Positions 24,101-25,530 of a stretch of DNA of 25,530 bases are shown piece after piece. The position numbers and the translations under genes are program-made. The number at the start of each line of letters is the position of its first letter. Position 1 is the first letter of the stretch. This stretch comes from Thermoplasmata archaeon. Its GTDB lineage: Archaea; Thermoplasmatota; Penumbrarchaeia; Penumbrarchaeales; Penumbrarchaeaceae. The notes beneath the pieces were generated by a model. It made no database searches. It was not told the DNA's origin and saw only the letters and a list, made by a program, of their open reading frames with translations. The DNA lies in assembly GCA_023145185.1 (NCBI GenBank), contig JAGLEG010000100.1, forward strand, positions 1 through 25,530, read 5' to 3'.

Positions 24101-25530
24101 CAGCGATAACGACCGCTGGAACACGACCTACTCACTGGGAACCAATATCATAGGTGGAGACCACATCGGTGGAAATTTCTGGTCCGACTACGATGGCCTG
24201 GACACCGACGGGGACTGGATCGGCGACACCGCCGTCCCACACGGGCCCGGGGACATGCTTCCGCTGGCCTACGATCTTGTGGCACCGGTCATCACCGATA
24301 TCACCACCGAGACCCCGACCACCGGGGAGGTCTTCATCATATCTGCATCCGTCGGGGATGAGAGGGAGGTTGCTTCAGCCTGGGCCCATTACTGGATCGA
24401 CGATGATGACCCGGTGAACGTGAGCCTTGCCCTTTCCAGGTCCAACGTCATGTACGTGGATATCGACATCCCATGGAACAGGACGGGTTCTTTGAACTTC
24501 GTGATCTACGCAAATGACACGTCGGAGAACCTGATCAGCACATCTACCAGCGTCTTGGAGATCGTGGACAATGACCTCCCGGAACTTGTGGAGGACTCAT
24601 CCGTTCAGGTTGCGTACACGGGCGATCCGCTGACCATTACTGCCGACCTGTCCGACAATATCGGCATCGACACCGTCCGGGTCCATCTGTTCAACTCCGT
24701 ATTGAACGTCACGTTGAGCATGACCTCGGACGATGATATCACCTGGTCGGTCACCACCTATGCTCCCCTGGATTCTCTTGAGGATATCGAATACGTTATC
24801 TACGTTCTGGATACGTCAGAAAATCAGTTTGAGACTGTTGAAAAGAGCATCCCGGTGATCGATAACGATCGTCCGGTCTTCGTTGACCTCCTCTCCCCTT
24901 CCATTGGATACACCGGGGACCTGTACACCTTCGAGGTGAACATCTCGGACAATATTGAGATCGATGAGGTCTGGATATCATTTGAGGGTGGGATGGCCAA
25001 TATTACATTGTCTCCTGGAGATGGAGACGCCTGGTCCGGTGAATGGTCCGTTCCGGAGGACCTTGTGGGAGATGTGAACATCTCGTGCCACGCCCTTGAC
25101 AGCACAGGAAGCGAGATGTCCCAGTTTGAATTCGCCATAACCATCATTGACAACGACCCTCCATCGCTGTTGAACCTCTCCTATCCGGAGGAGATCGGCC
25201 CGGGAAAGGAGATAGAGATCTTGATCGAGGCCAGGGACAATCTGGGCATCGAGGCCCTGGAGATATACTACTCAATGCCTGGAGAGGCGCAGAGGAACGC
25301 CTTATTGGAACCGGTGAACGGCTCCTATTCCTTCACGATAGGGTCTGGAGATGACCTGGGAAACATCACCTTCTCACTGCTGATATCTGATGAGCAGTGG
25401 AATAATGTCACATCGGAGGAGTTCACCATCAATGTCATCGATGATGTGCTGCCGATCTGTACCATAACAGACCCCGCTGATGGTAACCTGGTCAGCGGCG
25501 TGATCACCATCGGGTTCAATATGAGCGATG
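21195..25530 (+). CDS. Giant secreted surface protein (>1445 aa, truncated by the window end): signal peptide, three phage tail-collar/HxH modules, right-handed parallel beta-helix (NosD/CASH-like), at least 4.5 Ig-like repeats
   Basis: Not in the ORF track. Manual translation is open from ATG 21195 (GAGGTGA RBS 5 nt upstream) to the end. It reads MKNSMLIALMMAAVMLLVPMG, then the collar repeats, YSTIQAAVDDADAGDDLFLTNGTYLENV, N-x-I-x-x-N beta-helix rungs, the cap GGNFWSDYDGLDTDGDWIGDT, and Ig repeats starting DLVAP, DNDLP, DNDRP, DNDPP and DDVLP. Confidence 0.9.
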   Translation, partial: MKNSMLIALMMAAVMLLVPMGTLSMEGPKTFPDAVMDLSTSSSVSHEGIVGMWAGTFSSIPNGWTYISEMADKFVLGDSTSQGNGGATEHKHTYTDMPTHTHTIPSSGAHTHDFSHTDVRCRSSSSTNGRGVGSSSGTRVRTSSDGSHTHTVNSTGSSSAETSSSSNLPPYIELIYLQKTDASETIPEGMILFWSGLVSTIPDGWGLCDGNSSNPDLRSTFYRGASLDEDAGSTGGTTSHRHTYTETITHTHTLNSAGRHDHDYQFRRIRSTFSGSAVRGTSTGATTITTTSEGSHSHELSVEGTSVCYTEDENNLPPYYKLAPMIKVDGDGPLPSNAIFGWWDVSQAPGEFGACDGTKGTPDLVDVMIMGVGPGEGPGATGGSTQHQHSYSDVPRHGHGTSTDGDHTHTSSFSTTYGNGDPGPTDMRGTSTGSSSSPTESAGDHTHTVSKDGATDCKTSNSDDLPPYRTMVYMMRSSVYNEDKEEWYSTIQAAVDDADAGDDLFLTNGTYLENVIVGKTLTMSANFTGQALINGLNSDHTMEVKGKNVQITGLNFTNSWDYSGLYIIGDGPILDEVTCHDSTDGLWLKGVNGAEITGSNFNNCTSGILIDGSSNIGISDSILSDNTASVNISNVQSLTIQNCTMKDSDVGVGTSGSTINSILVNGSTFNGDDRSLELYGDNVSVTNNSFSDSSEWAVTAGQGSDQKVAFNTFESCEKGIYLNGARWADVTGNELDGVGYGMSIYDSYLVDISGNMVNSTGKGIVLSWAQSVEVTDNGIDAVDLGISIMNSDTINISDSRIAVSGEGITISDGMDLNIWNNSIYAWDIGITALSSDNNTIRDNIISGNQSQGIILDDCMGHNLLRNEVLNSSLWSIKLLNSDNNTLFDNVLMENSYGVVIEGSYENLIQGNHISDSSENGILVRSSFGNEIRSNMVLDNRVGIKLRDTVENSIYDNHIDSIIMNTDVLNSDNDRWNTTYSLGTNIIGGDHIGGNFWSDYDGLDTDGDWIGDTAVPHGPGDMLPLAYDLVAPVITDITTETPTTGEVFIISASVGDEREVASAWAHYWIDDDDPVNVSLALSRSNVMYVDIDIPWNRTGSLNFVIYANDTSENLISTSTSVLEIVDNDLPELVEDSSVQVAYTGDPLTITADLSDNIGIDTVRVHLFNSVLNVTLSMTSDDDITWSVTTYAPLDSLEDIEYVIYVLDTSENQFETVEKSIPVIDNDRPVFVDLLSPSIGYTGDLYTFEVNISDNIEIDEVWISFEGGMANITLSPGDGDAWSGEWSVPEDLVGDVNISCHALDSTGSEMSQFEFAITIIDNDPPSLLNLSYPEEIGPGKEIEILIEARDNLGIEALEIYYSMPGEAQRNALLEPVNGSYSFTIGSGDDLGNITFSLLISDEQWNNVTSEEFTINVIDDVLPICTITDPADGNLVSGVITIGFNMSD
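21336..22628 (+). repeat. Three tandem 141-148 aa phage tail-collar-like modules, each with four His-x-His motifs
   Basis: Units start at 21336 (GIVGMWAGTFSSIPNGW), 21759 (GMILFWSGLVSTIPDGWGLCDG..PDLRSTFYRGA) and 22203 (NAIFGWW...GACDG..TPDL); each ends in LPPY. Confidence 0.85.
24273..25530 (+). repeat. Tandem Ig-like repeats of about 97 aa (stalk), last one truncated
   Basis: D-x-x-x-P starts, TG(E/D)xxT(I/F)xxx(V/I/L)xDNxxI motif, D(T/S)S(E/G)N-like turns and terminal (I/V)(V/I) strands, repeated four times plus a partial fifth. Confidence 0.8.

Overview
Archaeal chromosomal window, probably from an uncultured Thermoplasmatota-like euryarchaeon. The lineage is inferred from gene content, GGAGG/GGTGA ribosome-binding sites and TATA-like promoters, not from a marker phylogeny. 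The left two-thirds is mostly housekeeping: a partial sugar-phosphate nucleotidyltransferase coupled to a CX5R phosphatase, a LipS1-like radical SAM protein, a CorA-like protein lacking the GMN motif, top6B-top6A-dph5, galU, DUF72, an AmmeMemoRadiSam radical SAM enzyme overlapping a catalytically degenerate ThiI/THUMP protein, folD, and a K+-dependent membrane pyrophosphatase carrying an extra secreted N-terminal domain. The right third encodes two large secreted surface proteins. The second (21195 to beyond the window end) and the left-edge nucleotidyltransferase are missing from the ORF track because they run off the window; I translated both by hand. The two strongest leads are (i) three register-locked phage tail-collar/His-x-His fibre modules in one secreted archaeal protein, suggesting a single-chain pseudo-trimeric metal-knotted fibre tip, and (ii) a stand-alone protein resembling the eukaryotic adaptin/COPI appendage (ear) domain, preceded by a structured leader RNA. 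No rRNA, tRNA, CRISPR array, transposase or integrase was seen. All family assignments come from motif recognition by eye; no database search was run.
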